In this document: positions 29,831 to 40,175 of the stretch, in pieces
Position numbering within the stretch: position 1 is the stretch's first letter
Layout of the letters: the number at the start of each line of letters is the position of its first letter
Origin: Thermodesulfobacteriota bacterium
GTDB taxonomy: Bacteria; Desulfobacterota; GWC2-55-46; JADFVP01
DNA length: 64,000 nucleotides
Direction: 5' to 3'
Assembly: GCA_046754225.1 (NCBI GenBank)
Contig: JBHHVI010000003.1
Span: forward strand, 5,933 to 69,932
Position numbers and translations under genes: made by a program
The notes under the pieces: model-generated
What the model was told of the DNA's origin: nothing
Databases searched by the model: none
What the model saw: the letters and a program-made list of their open reading frames with translations, nothing else

Positions 29831-30928
29831 ATGGTTGAAACCAGAAATACCATATTAAAGGACATGGGGCAGAGGAAGGCCGTCATACTCGTTGCCGATG
29901 ACGACAGGTTCTTCCTCGAAATAATAAAGGACCTTGTTGAGGGTATGGGGCACGTCGCCGTTACGGCGGAAAACGGCGCCGAGGCCGTCAAGCAGGCAAT
30001 AAAGACCCCGCCCGACCTCGTAATTACCGACGTTGTAATGCCTGTCATGGACGGTTTTGAACTGACGGAGAAACTGAAACTCACGCCCGAAACAAGCCAC
30101 ACCCCCGTAATAATAGTCACCGCGCTCGCCGACAAGGCGTCAAGGCTCAAGGGGCTTCAAAAAGGAGCCGACGAGCTTTTAACCAAGCCCGTTGACGAGG
30201 CCGAATTCAGGATAAGGGTACTGAACCTCCTCAAGGTCAAAAAATACGAGGACTATCTAATCGAGCACGGCAGGACCCTTGAGGGAGAAATAAAAGACAA
30301 GTCCATTCAGCTCGAGGAGGCCTTCGAGCAGATACGGAGCAGTTACCTGGAGACGGTCTACAGGCTCACTCTTGCCGCCGAATACAGGGATCGCGAGACG
30401 GGGTCGCATATAAAAAGGATAGCCCTCTACTCAAAACTCGTGGCCACCGCACTGGGTCTTCATGAAATGGACGTGGACGCCATATTCGAAGCGAGCCCCA
30501 TGCACGACGTCGGTAAAATAGGCATACCGGACTCCATACTTCTAAAACAGGGCAGATTCTCTGAAGATGATTTTAATGTCATGAAGACCCACTGCACCAT
30601 AGGGGCGAACATACTCCATAACCCCGGACCCGAACTCCTGAAAACCGCAATGGAAATTGCCCTCACGCACCATGAGAGGTGGGACGGGAGCGGATACCCG
30701 GCGGGCCTGAAGGGCCGTAACATACCGCTGTCAGGAAGGATTGTGCAGATAGTGGACATATACGACGCCATGAGGAGCAAGCGGCCCTATAAGCCGCCCT
30801 ACAGCCATAAGAAAACCCTCAGCTTCATCCACGGAAAAGAAAAAGAATTTTTTGATCCGGAAATCTTCTCGGCCTTTATGGATAACGCGGAACAATTAGA
30901 CAGGATATTTGAAGAGAACCGTACTTAG
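29831..30928 (+). CDS. response regulator with HD-GYP c-di-GMP phosphodiesterase output domain (RpfG-like)
   Basis: REC domain (ILVADDD...PDLVITDVVMP, conserved K) followed by HD...HHERWDGSGYP (HD-GYP). An alternative start at 29864 is possible. Confidence 0.8.
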   Translation: MVETRNTILKDMGQRKAVILVADDDRFFLEIIKDLVEGMGHVAVTAENGAEAVKQAIKTPPDLVITDVVMPVMDGFELTEKLKLTPETSHTPVIIVTALADKASRLKGLQKGADELLTKPVDEAEFRIRVLNLLKVKKYEDYLIEHGRTLEGEIKDKSIQLEEAFEQIRSSYLETVYRLTLAAEYRDRETGSHIKRIALYSKLVATALGLHEMDVDAIFEASPMHDVGKIGIPDSILLKQGRFSEDDFNVMKTHCTIGANILHNPGPELLKTAMEIALTHHERWDGSGYPAGLKGRNIPLSGRIVQIVDIYDAMRSKRPYKPPYSHKKTLSFIHGKEKEFFDPEIFSAFMDNAEQLDRIFEENRT

Positions 30929-30953
30929 TGATTCGGCTGGTCTTAGTCTTTAC

Positions 30954-31799
30954 TCAGGGGTCAAGCCACAGATAATCAGTATCTCCCGATGTGATATCCC
31001 AGCGCATGAACCCGTCTCGAGACTCAGGCAGGACTACAAGGCTGGTTAAATCCGACCTGGCGCTTATCTTTCTCGGGATGGCCCGTTTCCATGAATGGGC
31101 GCTCCCCGAAAGTACCACCATCGTTCTATCGGGGTTTTCTTTCAGGTAATTTACCACCCGGGATGCCATGAAGTTGTCCCATACCATCTGGACCTCGCAG
31201 AAGTTCTTGTAGCCGGCCTTTGTGTCTTCATGTTCCTTGATGGCGTCTTTTATGAGTTTTTCGTACTTCTTGTCCACGTCACATGTAATGTCGCCGATCA
31301 CCTCGCGCTCATCGGGCGCCAACGAGCTAACCTTGCCCATAAAGACCTTGTGGGAGATCCCGTGAGGCACATTGAGCCCCACAAGGGGTATGCCGTTCTT
31401 TCTCGCGTACCGTAAGATACCGCTGTACTGATACCAGGATACTTTCCAATTTTTGCGATACTCTTTTTTGAAGGCCTTAGCAGTCATCTCTCCCGCCACC
31501 CACCGGTCGAGGGCTCCCTGACTGTCGGCCCTGAACATCTCAAGGCCTATGGCGAGTTTAACTCCGGCCGCGTGGAGGGCCTTGATTACCTTAAGCTGTA
31601 TCCTGTGGTGACTCCAGTCTTCATGGTACTCACCTACAAAAACCGCCCGGGCCTTACGAAGTTCATCTGGAAGAAGCTTGACCGGCACATCCACGGCGCC
31701 GGGATAGCGCACTACCCTGTTTATTATGCAACCCCCGGTAAGGAGGGCGATCATAACGAGAGGCAAAACCAGTTTTATTGTAATGGATACCTTTTTCAT
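30954..31799 (-). CDS. ChaN-family (DUF399) lipoprotein
   Basis: Lipobox LLTGGC; VFVGEYHEDWSHH motif typical of ChaN-like proteins. Confidence 0.55.
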   Translation of the reverse strand: MKKVSITIKLVLPLVMIALLTGGCIINRVVRYPGAVDVPVKLLPDELRKARAVFVGEYHEDWSHHRIQLKVIKALHAAGVKLAIGLEMFRADSQGALDRWVAGEMTAKAFKKEYRKNWKVSWYQYSGILRYARKNGIPLVGLNVPHGISHKVFMGKVSSLAPDEREVIGDITCDVDKKYEKLIKDAIKEHEDTKAGYKNFCEVQMVWDNFMASRVVNYLKENPDRTMVVLSGSAHSWKRAIPRKISARSDLTSLVVLPESRDGFMRWDITSGDTDYLWLDP

Positions 31800-31842
31800 C
31801 GCTCCATCTTCACCGCATAACGCTTTCACGACGTAAAACCCA

Positions 31843-33000
31843 TCAGCCCCTCTTGTCCATCGGGACGTACCGGAGATGCCTCAGGCCGATGTATTTCTGC
31901 ACGGGACGGTAAATGCGGTTGGTCTTCAACTGCTCCTTCCAGTGCGCCAGCCACCCGGCGACCCTGCCCATGGCGAATATGGGGGTAAAGAGCTCGGCCT
32001 CGATGCCTATGGATTTAAAGACGACGCCGGAGTAAAAATCAATATTGGGGAAGAGGCGTTTTTGCTTCAGCCTCTCCCGGACGACCTCTTCTATCTCGTC
32101 GGTTATCTCGAACACCTTAATGTCAACGGCCCCGCCTCCCCGGGCCTTTAATTCCTTAATGTAGCCCTTTAATATATTGCCCCTGGGGTCGGCTGTCTTG
32201 TAGACCCTGTGCCCTATCCCCATTATCTTCTCATGCCTGTCCATCTTCTCCTCTATATACCCCCTCACCCTCTCAACGGAACCTATCTCCTCTATCATAT
32301 CCAGGACCCTCTCGTTGGCGCCTCCGTGAAGCGGGCCGGAAAGGGTGCCTATGGCCGACGACACTATTGTATAGGGGTCGGCGAGCGTAGAGCCCACGAC
32401 CCTGGCGCTGAAGGTCGACGCGTTCATGGTGTGGTCGGCGTGGATAATAAGCATCACGTCGAGTATCTTTTCCACAAGGGGCGAAGGCTCCTTCTCGAAG
32501 AGCATATAGTAAAAATTCCCCGCGAAGCTCAGGTCGTTCCTCGGCGCTATCGGGGCGTCGCCGGCGCGCATCCTGTGACACGCCGCCACGATCGTCGGCA
32601 TCTTGGCGATGAGCCTCACCGCGGACCAGTACCGCACCTCCGGGTCAAGGGTGTTCCTTGCAGGGTAATACATGCCCATCGCCGAGACCACGGACTGGAG
32701 GAACTCCATGGGATGGCCCGTCTCGGGCAGCGCCTCCATCATCCTCAGTATCTTGTATTTGAGCCTCGTATGAAGGGTTATGTCCTCTTTGAATTTTTCA
32801 AATTCCGCGCGCCCCGGCAGCTCGCCGAATATGAGCATATAGGCGGTCTCCAGAAATGTGCTCTTTTCGGCAAGGGTCTCGATGGGTATCCCCCGGTACT
32901 CAAGGACCCCTTTCTCCCCGTCGATAAAACTTATGGCCGACTCCGCCGCCGGTATGCCTTCGAGCCCCGGCACAACATCCATCTGTCTCTCCTCCATCAC
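31843..33000 (-). CDS. gltA: citrate synthase
   Basis: 385 aa; GHRVYK active-site region, LHGGANE, and a citrate-synthase-like C-terminus. Confidence 0.85.
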   Translation of the reverse strand: MMEERQMDVVPGLEGIPAAESAISFIDGEKGVLEYRGIPIETLAEKSTFLETAYMLIFGELPGRAEFEKFKEDITLHTRLKYKILRMMEALPETGHPMEFLQSVVSAMGMYYPARNTLDPEVRYWSAVRLIAKMPTIVAACHRMRAGDAPIAPRNDLSFAGNFYYMLFEKEPSPLVEKILDVMLIIHADHTMNASTFSARVVGSTLADPYTIVSSAIGTLSGPLHGGANERVLDMIEEIGSVERVRGYIEEKMDRHEKIMGIGHRVYKTADPRGNILKGYIKELKARGGGAVDIKVFEITDEIEEVVRERLKQKRLFPNIDFYSGVVFKSIGIEAELFTPIFAMGRVAGWLAHWKEQLKTNRIYRPVQKYIGLRHLRYVPMDKRG

Positions 33001-33137
33001 AGGCCTCCGTAGCTTTTATAACCACAAAACCAACCCTTTAAAAAGGTCCGGCAATATTCTCTGATCATAAAGCTTACCATGAATCTTCATTCTTTGCCAT
33101 TTTACCGGAACCTGTTTTTAAAGAAATTTCTTTAATG

Positions 33138-33180
33138 GATCAAAAATAAAAGAGGCCTTCACGGAACTGTGAAGGCCTCT
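33138..33180 (-). terminator. rho-independent terminator after rdgB (12-bp stem AGAGGCCTTCAC/GTGAAGGCCTCT followed by a U-run on the - strand)
   Basis: Perfect inverted repeat 33151-33180 followed on the - strand by UUUUAUUUUUG. Confidence 0.7.
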
Positions 33181-33201
33181 TTGAACGCGATGTTAAAACA
33201 A

Positions 33202-33813
33202 TCAAAAGGGGGCTACGTTTTCGGCCCCGCCCCCTGAGAACCATTGCCGGAACTTCTTCAAGGCCAGCGCCCTGTGGCTTATGGCGTTCTTTTCCCGGGG
33301 GGTGAGCTCAGCCGCCGTCTTTTTCTTTTCCGTTACGAAAAAAACAGGGTCGTAACCGAAACCGTTTTCACCCCTCGGCCTTTCTGTTATATACCCATCG
33401 AAGCTCGCGGTAAAAACACGCTCCTCGCCCCCGGGCGCCACGAAGGCCAGAGAGCACTTAAAACGCGCCCCTCTTTGGGCTTCGGGCACTCCCCTCAATT
33501 CGGCAAGGAGTTTCATGTAATTCACGACGTCTCCTGCATCGGGCCCGCCGTACCTTGACGAAAACACGCCGGGACGGCCTCCGAGATAGTCGACCTCGAG
33601 TCCGGAATCATCGCCGAGGGCGGCCAGGCCCGTTTCAGAGGCAACGAAGCGGGCCTTTATAAGTGCGTTCTCCGTAAAGGTGGCGCCCGTCTCGGGCGGA
33701 AGTTCTAAGGAGGGAAAATCCTCAAGGGTGAGCACCTCTATATCAAGGCCGGCAAGTTGAGCTCTGAGCTCCGTGACCTTGGATTTGTTCCTTGTGGCGA
33801 GCACCATCTTCAT
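33202..33813 (-). CDS. rdgB: dITP/XTP pyrophosphatase (Ham1/RdgB family)
   Basis: LATRNKSKV..., GDDSGLEVD, and FGYDPVF motifs. Confidence 0.85.
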   Translation of the reverse strand: MKMVLATRNKSKVTELRAQLAGLDIEVLTLEDFPSLELPPETGATFTENALIKARFVASETGLAALGDDSGLEVDYLGGRPGVFSSRYGGPDAGDVVNYMKLLAELRGVPEAQRGARFKCSLAFVAPGGEERVFTASFDGYITERPRGENGFGYDPVFFVTEKKKTAAELTPREKNAISHRALALKKFRQWFSGGGAENVAPF

Positions 33814-33883
33814 ACAAATTCCGCTGTCGGATTTTTTTAAAAGAAGGGGAATAAAAAGACGCCTGAGAAGAACCGGGGGGGCT

Positions 33884-34636
33884 TTAGCCGTAAAGTCCTT
33901 TTTGAACGTCCGATAAGCGCCTTATGCCGTTTTCCGCAATATCGACGAGGCCGTTCATATCTTCTCTGGAAAAGGTCTTTTGCTCGGCCGTACCCTGAAT
34001 CTCAACGAGCCTGCCTGAGCCCGTCATTATAACATTCATGTCAACATCCGCCCTTGAGTCCTCTTCATAGTCGAGGTCAAGGAGCGCGTGTCCGTCAACT
34101 ATCCCCACACTTACCGCCGCTACAGAATCGACTATGGGAAGAGACGCGATTTCCCCTGCCATTACGAACTCCCTCAACGTGTCGGCAAGGGCTATGTAGG
34201 CGCCCGTTATGGATGCCGTACGGGTGCCTCCGTCGGCCTCAAGGACATCGCAGTCGACTATTACCGTTCTTTCTCCAAGGGCTTCGAGGTCGCATACCGC
34301 ACGGAGGCTCCTGCCTATGAGGCGTTGTATCTCGTGGGTCCTGCCGCCTATCCTACCCCTCGCCGATTCCCTGGGGATCCGTACCGGGGACGACCTCGGC
34401 AGCATGGAATACTCCGCCGTAACCCAGCCCTTTCCGGTGCCCTGCAGAAATGGGGGGCTTTTATCCTCCACCGTCGCGGCGCATAGCACCTTCGTGCCCC
34501 CCGTCGCTATGAGCACCGAGCCGTCGGCGGTCTTGAGATATCCCCTCATGATATTCACCGGGCGGAGTTCGTCAAACTTCCTGCCGTCTTTTCTACTGAG
34601 CCCTTCTGAACCCAACTGTTTCCAGTCCTTCCTCAA
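33884..34636 (-). CDS. rph: ribonuclease PH
   Basis: Collinear with E. coli Rph ([47 protein letters not shown]); the start is uncertain because of TTG candidates overlapping the amiC 3' end. Confidence 0.85.
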   Translation of the reverse strand: MRKDWKQLGSEGLSRKDGRKFDELRPVNIMRGYLKTADGSVLIATGGTKVLCAATVEDKSPPFLQGTGKGWVTAEYSMLPRSSPVRIPRESARGRIGGRTHEIQRLIGRSLRAVCDLEALGERTVIVDCDVLEADGGTRTASITGAYIALADTLREFVMAGEIASLPIVDSVAAVSVGIVDGHALLDLDYEEDSRADVDMNVIMTGSGRLVEIQGTAEQKTFSREDMNGLVDIAENGIRRLSDVQKGLYG

Positions 34637-35417
34637 ACCTGTTTTTAAAATCGATAATGCCGAGGGCTATTGAATCGGCTATTTGCCGTTTGCCCTTTGA
34701 CGAGACGAGCCAGCGCCGGTCCGTCGAGTTGGATATGAAGCCGAGCTCAACGAGGATCGCCGGCATAACGGCGCCGCCCAAAACGGTGAAGGGCGCCTGT
34801 TTTACTCCCCGGTCGCCTCTACCCGTTGAACGTACGAGGCTCATGTGGATTGATTCCGCAAGAGCTGAACTCTCGTGGTGGGCCGCGGTTGTGGCGAGGT
34901 CCAGCAAGGTTGTTTTCAGGTCATCCGTGAAACCACCCTCGATGCCGGCCTCTTCAGGGTCGAAGCCGTTCTCCAGGGCGGCGGTCCTTCTGGACGCCTC
35001 GTCAGAGGGCTCGTAGTTAAGAAAAAAGGTCTCAAGACCTTTTGCGCTGCGGTTCGGGGCTGAATTGGCGTGTATGCTTATAAAAATATCCGCATCATTA
35101 CTGTTGGCTAAAGCGGTCCTTTCCTCGAGGGGCAAAAAGGTGTCCCCGTTCCTCGTGAGAATAACCGTGCATCCCAGCTTTTTCCTGAGCACCTCGGCGA
35201 GCCTTTTAGCTACGGCGAGGGTGAGGTCCTTCTCTCTTACGCCCCTCGGGCTTATGGCGCCGTTGTCCACGCCGCCGTGGCCCGGGTCGATGACTATTAC
35301 GTCAATGGGGTCCGTTGACGGTGAGATAACTGAATCGGCCCATACCGGCATGGGGCCGAGGAGCGTCAAAAGAAGGCCTATGAGAAAAAACGGGGTTTCG
35401 AAAAAGATACGCCTCAT
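34593..35417 (-). CDS. amiC: N-acetylmuramoyl-L-alanine amidase (Amidase_3 family)
   Basis: Signal peptide; VIDPGHGG and SIHANS motifs. Confidence 0.8.
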   Translation of the reverse strand: MRRIFFETPFFLIGLLLTLLGPMPVWADSVISPSTDPIDVIVIDPGHGGVDNGAISPRGVREKDLTLAVAKRLAEVLRKKLGCTVILTRNGDTFLPLEERTALANSNDADIFISIHANSAPNRSAKGLETFFLNYEPSDEASRRTAALENGFDPEEAGIEGGFTDDLKTTLLDLATTAAHHESSALAESIHMSLVRSTGRGDRGVKQAPFTVLGGAVMPAILVELGFISNSTDRRWLVSSKGKRQIADSIALGIIDFKNRFEEGLETVGFRRAQ

Positions 35418-35599
35418 CTTGATATCCCTTGAGTTTGCGCTTCCAATTAAGCCGTGAGGACTGAAATACTTTATCTTATCAGCCAGCCTACTATTTTAAT
35501 TACTCGCTCTCAATAAGTCAACACCATATCCCCGCTTCCCTTTTAGAAAAAAATCTTTTAATATAAAAAAAATCGTAGTCACCGGAATGGAAAAAGACG

Positions 35600-36292
35600 A
35601 TGATAAGATTTCGGAACTGGCGCAAGGTGTTCGTATCGGCAGGGCTCTCCTGGCTGATGAAGTTTTTGATGCTCGCCATGGTGCCCTTTGAATTGTACCG
35701 GGGCGGCTACCTCTTCACCGTCCTTATATTCGTCGCCGTGGGCATCTCACTCGTGCCGAGCATCGTTCAGAGGAACTATAATATATCGCTTCCCTTCGAA
35801 CTCGACCTCCTTATCACCTTGAGCCTCTTCCTCCACACCTTTCTCGGCGAGGGGCTCGAGTTTTACAACAAGTACTGGATATGGGACAAACTGCTCCATG
35901 TTTACGGAACAGCCGTAATCGCCATACTCGCCTTTGTAACAGTCTATTCTCTTCATTACACGAAAAAGCTCCGCCTCACGCTCCCGCTCATAATCCTTAT
36001 AACATTCACCTTCGCCATGACAATGGGGGCGTTATGGGAGATAGGGGAATTTGGAGTGGATCAATTATTTGGAAAGAACGCTCAGAAGGGGCTTGACGAC
36101 ACCATGTTCGACCTCATAAACGACCTTCTCGGCGGACTTATAGTCGCCTGCATCGGCGCCCTTTACGTAAGATATTCCAAGCCCGAGACGAGGCAAAAAC
36201 TCGCCAGACCCATGGGAGAGGTATTCGGTCTGGGCGACAGGGTGGACCGTATAAAGAGCCGGTTAAAGGGCGTTAATGACCGACGCGATTAG
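35600..36292 (+). CDS. hypothetical polytopic membrane protein
   Basis: 230 aa, at least 5 TM segments; no confident family assignment. Confidence 0.4.
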   Translation: MIRFRNWRKVFVSAGLSWLMKFLMLAMVPFELYRGGYLFTVLIFVAVGISLVPSIVQRNYNISLPFELDLLITLSLFLHTFLGEGLEFYNKYWIWDKLLHVYGTAVIAILAFVTVYSLHYTKKLRLTLPLIILITFTFAMTMGALWEIGEFGVDQLFGKNAQKGLDDTMFDLINDLLGGLIVACIGALYVRYSKPETRQKLARPMGEVFGLGDRVDRIKSRLKGVNDRRD

Positions 36293-36319
36293 GGGCGGCG
36301 GCGAGGGCTGGCCCCTTTA

Positions 36320-38890
36320 TCAATAGAGCACTAATTTCTTTTTGTAGTGCAGGGAATTCCTGTCGCCGGGGTCTACCGAAAGGGCGTCCCTGAAGTACCT
36401 GGCGGCCATTTGAAAGTTGGCGTCGGCAAAGTAAGCCCTTCCTATGAGATTATATTTTCCAGCGTAAAACTTCTTTGAAAGGCTCGAAGATATCCCGGCC
36501 ATGTCACGGCCGCCGAAGTTCTTAAGGTACTTGACAACAGGCTCTCTATAGCCTAAAAGCTCGGCTATATTGGGTGAAATGGTATTAAGATGAAGGCTCA
36601 CCGGCCCTGTAAATTCAACGATAGGCATATCATCGGACATGACGGGGGCGCCGTCGGCGTACATCCTTACCATATCCTCGTTCATCACAAATGTGGTCAG
36701 GAACTCATAGGGGTCTTCAAGGTCAATGTCCGTTAAGAGCCTCCTGATATTGGGCATGGACAACCTCTCCATAACCTCTGAAAAATCTATGTTCATCTTT
36801 TCCGGAGAGCCTATCATAAAGATATCGGCATTGACGAGCCATACGGATGTGTGGGGAAAGACCTCCTGAAAGGTCCTGACCATGAGCCGGACATCCTCGG
36901 TGGAGAGGTTATATAGGGGTATCCACTGGCTCATAATCCCGTCCTTCTTGAGGTGGGACCTGGCGAGCTCGTAGTACTCTTTTGTATAGAGGTTAACCAC
37001 GCCCGCGAGTGACGGGTGCATGGGCTCTTCAGTTATGACGTCGTATTTTTTCGTGGTAACGGCGAGGTAGCTCCTGCCGTCGTCTATGGTGATGCGGGAC
37101 TTCGGGTTATTAAGGACGTCCATGTTCTCCTTTTTGAAATAGGCCGCGCCCTTTATGACGGAACGCGCTATCTCTACATTGTCAACCCTCTTTACCGGGA
37201 ACTGGCTCAGGGTGCCGAAGGTGGTGCCGGAGCCGAAACAGATTACAAGGACGTCTTTCGGGTCGGGGTGGAGCACCATGGGCAGCACCCCCTGGAACCT
37301 GTTTATCTGCAACCCCTCGTAGAAGGCGGCGGTAGCGCGGTTGCCGTTTACCCACAGCCTTTTATTTGACGCCGCAAGGCCCATCCCTTTCTTTTCCGCT
37401 ATCATAACCGTTGCCGTGGCGCCCTCTTTATAATAAACCACGTCCTCGCCCTGAGTAAGAAAACCCTTGTTAAGCGCAAAGGGCATGTTCTCCGGAAGCC
37501 CCAGGATAATGAAGGCGGCGGTAAGGACGCCGAGCAAAGAAAAGGCGTACCTCGTGGTGGTCTTCGAGAAGGGGTTCAAGAGCATGAAAAGGACTCCCAT
37601 GGCGATGTTTACGCACCCTATAAGGACGATGGTATTCTGCATGCCCACGAAGGGTATGAGGACAAAGCCGCCGACGAAAGACCCGATGATGCCCCCCACG
37701 GTATTTACGGAATAGATATTCCCTATCTTTGTGCCGACGCTCTCGGCCCTCCAGTCGTATATCTTGCAGACGAGCGGAAAGGTGGCGCCGAAGAGGAAAG
37801 AGGGGACGATGAGCGTAATGAATGAGACGAGGAAGTTCAAGTATACGAACTCGGACCAGTCCGGCGTAATAGAGAGCCTTGAGTAAAAACCCATAGACGG
37901 GAGGAGCGCGTAAATGGTTATAAGGGCTATGGAGCTGATCCCGATGAGCATCTCCACAACGGCGAAGAGCGTTACCACGGCCCCCCTTGACTTAAACCTG
38001 TCTACAAAGGAAGAAAAGACGAAACTGCCCAGCGCTATACCCGTCAGGAAAACCCCCAGCACGACGGCAAAGGCATAGACCGTTCCCGTAAGGATAAAAC
38101 CCAACACCCGTGTCCAGATTACCTCGTAGGTGAGCCCCGTAAAGCCCGAGACGGCAAAGCCCCATATTACGAGCGCCGTAAAATAACCGGGTAGCGGCGC
38201 GCCGTTTATCCCTTCCCCCCCTGAGGCGGGTCCCGCAACAGCCCGGCCCTCTCCGTATTCATCCGGGTACTGCTCGCCGGAAAACCTTCCCATCAGGATC
38301 GCCGAAGCGCCTATAAAGAGGTTTAAGAAACCCGCGGAAAAGAGTATGGTCCTGAGACCGAAGGCCGGTATGAAGAGAAAGGCCGTCAGGAGCGCCCCGG
38401 CCACCGCCCCGAAGGTATTGACGGTATACAGACCGCCTATATCCCTTGCGAACCTTTTTTGGCTCCTGGCTATGGTCTTGCTCAAGATGGGAAGAGTCGC
38501 CCCCATAAGGGTCGTAGGCAAAATAAGCAGGAGGGCCGAAAGGGAGAATTTTATCAGGCTGAGGCCGAAAAATCCTGAACCCAGCCACCGGGCCAAAAAC
38601 ACATAGGCGGAATTATTAAGGCCGAGGAGAAGAGAGAAGACGAGGGCGTATACGCCGATAAGGACCTCGGCCGTCCCGTACCAGAAAAAACCATTCCTGC
38701 GGCGGTCTATCCACCTGCCGCCTAAAAAACTCCCAAGGGCGAGACCTCCGAAAAAACAGGTCAGCACCGTAGAGACGGCCAGGAGCGTCACGCCGAACTC
38801 AAGGGTCAGGAGTTTTGTCCAGACGACCTGATATATAAGCCCGGTCATACCGGAGCCGAAAAAGAGAAGGAAAACGACAAGCCTTATCAT
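36320..38890 (-). CDS. fused MFS-like membrane domain / spermidine-synthase-like aminopropyltransferase domain / C-terminal TPR
   Basis: 856 aa; ~12 TM N-terminal half, then a spermidine-synthase-like Rossmann region (VLVICFGSGTT...), then TPR-like C-terminus. Confidence 0.65.
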   Translation of the reverse strand: MIRLVVFLLFFGSGMTGLIYQVVWTKLLTLEFGVTLLAVSTVLTCFFGGLALGSFLGGRWIDRRRNGFFWYGTAEVLIGVYALVFSLLLGLNNSAYVFLARWLGSGFFGLSLIKFSLSALLLILPTTLMGATLPILSKTIARSQKRFARDIGGLYTVNTFGAVAGALLTAFLFIPAFGLRTILFSAGFLNLFIGASAILMGRFSGEQYPDEYGEGRAVAGPASGGEGINGAPLPGYFTALVIWGFAVSGFTGLTYEVIWTRVLGFILTGTVYAFAVVLGVFLTGIALGSFVFSSFVDRFKSRGAVVTLFAVVEMLIGISSIALITIYALLPSMGFYSRLSITPDWSEFVYLNFLVSFITLIVPSFLFGATFPLVCKIYDWRAESVGTKIGNIYSVNTVGGIIGSFVGGFVLIPFVGMQNTIVLIGCVNIAMGVLFMLLNPFSKTTTRYAFSLLGVLTAAFIILGLPENMPFALNKGFLTQGEDVVYYKEGATATVMIAEKKGMGLAASNKRLWVNGNRATAAFYEGLQINRFQGVLPMVLHPDPKDVLVICFGSGTTFGTLSQFPVKRVDNVEIARSVIKGAAYFKKENMDVLNNPKSRITIDDGRSYLAVTTKKYDVITEEPMHPSLAGVVNLYTKEYYELARSHLKKDGIMSQWIPLYNLSTEDVRLMVRTFQEVFPHTSVWLVNADIFMIGSPEKMNIDFSEVMERLSMPNIRRLLTDIDLEDPYEFLTTFVMNEDMVRMYADGAPVMSDDMPIVEFTGPVSLHLNTISPNIAELLGYREPVVKYLKNFGGRDMAGISSSLSKKFYAGKYNLIGRAYFADANFQMAARYFRDALSVDPGDRNSLHYKKKLVLY

Positions 38891-39220
38891 AAACCTATTT
38901 TCAGTAGCCCCTCTGAGAGATAAAAAAGGAGGTGATTGCCCCGGCGTTCGCTCCCTTAAAGAGACCGACCCCTTAAGTGCTCTTAACTTGATGTAATAAT
39001 AAAATATTTAAACATATAGAAAATGGTTTTACAATTTTTGCCTTTCCAGCCGCAGTGGCATTGTCGATTTCCCTGCCCTCCCTGCCATAAATTCTCTTTA
39101 AAAATCAACTCGTTATCAAGAACACAGTGAAGATGAAAATACAATTAAAATTTTTTAATATCCACTGAAGGAAAAATCTTCCCATAAAATTCCCTTAACG
39201 CTTTTACACGCTGTAGGCCC

Positions 39221-39248
39221 TTTACAATCCCCGCCCATTGGGTATACT
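39221..39248 (+). promoter_or_regulatory. sigma70-type promoter (TTTACA-16 nt-TATACT) upstream of the small Cys-rich ORF
   Basis: Near-consensus -35 and -10 hexamers with a 16-nt spacer about 30 nt upstream of the ORF start. Confidence 0.4.
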
Positions 39249-39279
39249 GAAATTAAGCAAATCGATAAGGGGTAAAATC

Positions 39280-39432
39280 ATGGAAGAAAGGAATTCGGAA
39301 GGTACGGTGGAGTTATGCCGGGTATGCGGCAAGCCTGTTGACGACTGCGTCTGCTGCCCTGAATGCGGACATGTCTGCCCACTCGACATGGGCGAGGATT
39401 ATTGCCCGGTATGCAGCCCCAAAAAGCCGTAA
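39280..39432 (+). CDS. small cysteine-rich protein (50 aa, 9 Cys; zinc-ribbon/metal-binding)
   Basis: MEERNSEGTVELCRVCGKPVDDCVCCPECGHVCPLDMGEDYCPVCSPKKP; AAGGGG RBS; start trimmed relative to the 64-aa track ORF. Confidence 0.45.
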   Translation: MEERNSEGTVELCRVCGKPVDDCVCCPECGHVCPLDMGEDYCPVCSPKKP

Positions 39433-39449
39433 AAAAGGCGTGGTGAATC

Positions 39450-40076
39450 TTAAAGGGGCCTTGAGCCCGTCTTCACCCTCGCGGATAACTTGATTTTGAC
39501 CTTCCCGAGGGCCGCCTTCAGCTCCGCGGTATTCTCATCAAGGCTTCTTTGTTTCCTTAATATGTATGACGGATGGTATACGGCCATGAGCGGTATCTCC
39601 CCGGGCCCCTTGAACCATACCCCTCTTTTGAATTCCTCTTCAGGGCAAAGGGCGTTAAAGGCCGTCACCCCCACGGCGAGGATGACCCCGGGTTTTACAA
39701 TCCTTATCTCCTCGTACAGGAAGGGTAGGAAGAATTTCTCTTCCGCCTTTGACGGTTTTCTCGTCTTGAGCCTTTTTGTATCTATGGTGGGCCATATCTT
39801 AACGACGTTTGTTATATAGAACTCGTCCCTCTTCTTTTTAAAGACCTCTTCAAGGATAAGCGTAAGAAAGGCCCCGGACCTTCCCACAAAGGGAATTCCT
39901 TCCATCGTCTCGGTCCTGCCCGGCGCCTCGCCGACGACCATGAGCCGGGAGGAAACGCCCCCCGCTCCGAATACAACTCTATTCCCCTTTAAAGAAGGCG
40001 CCTTCCGGCACGCGGCCATAACCCTCTTAAAGAGCCTTTTTAATTTCTCTTCCGATTCTTTTTTCTGAGGAGGCAA
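39450..40076 (-). CDS. uracil-DNA glycosylase, family 4
   Basis: GEAPGRTE motif and FVGRSG; ~200 aa size typical of family-4 UDG. Confidence 0.8.
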   Translation of the reverse strand: MPPQKKESEEKLKRLFKRVMAACRKAPSLKGNRVVFGAGGVSSRLMVVGEAPGRTETMEGIPFVGRSGAFLTLILEEVFKKKRDEFYITNVVKIWPTIDTKRLKTRKPSKAEEKFFLPFLYEEIRIVKPGVILAVGVTAFNALCPEEEFKRGVWFKGPGEIPLMAVYHPSYILRKQRSLDENTAELKAALGKVKIKLSARVKTGSRPL

Positions 40077-40175
40077 TTTAAGAGTGGTATTAAGGTTGGG
40101 TTTTTCGGATTAAAATATCCGCCTGAATTTTTTTTCGATTAACAGCATATGGAGCATCAGGCCTTTACAGGGAAG

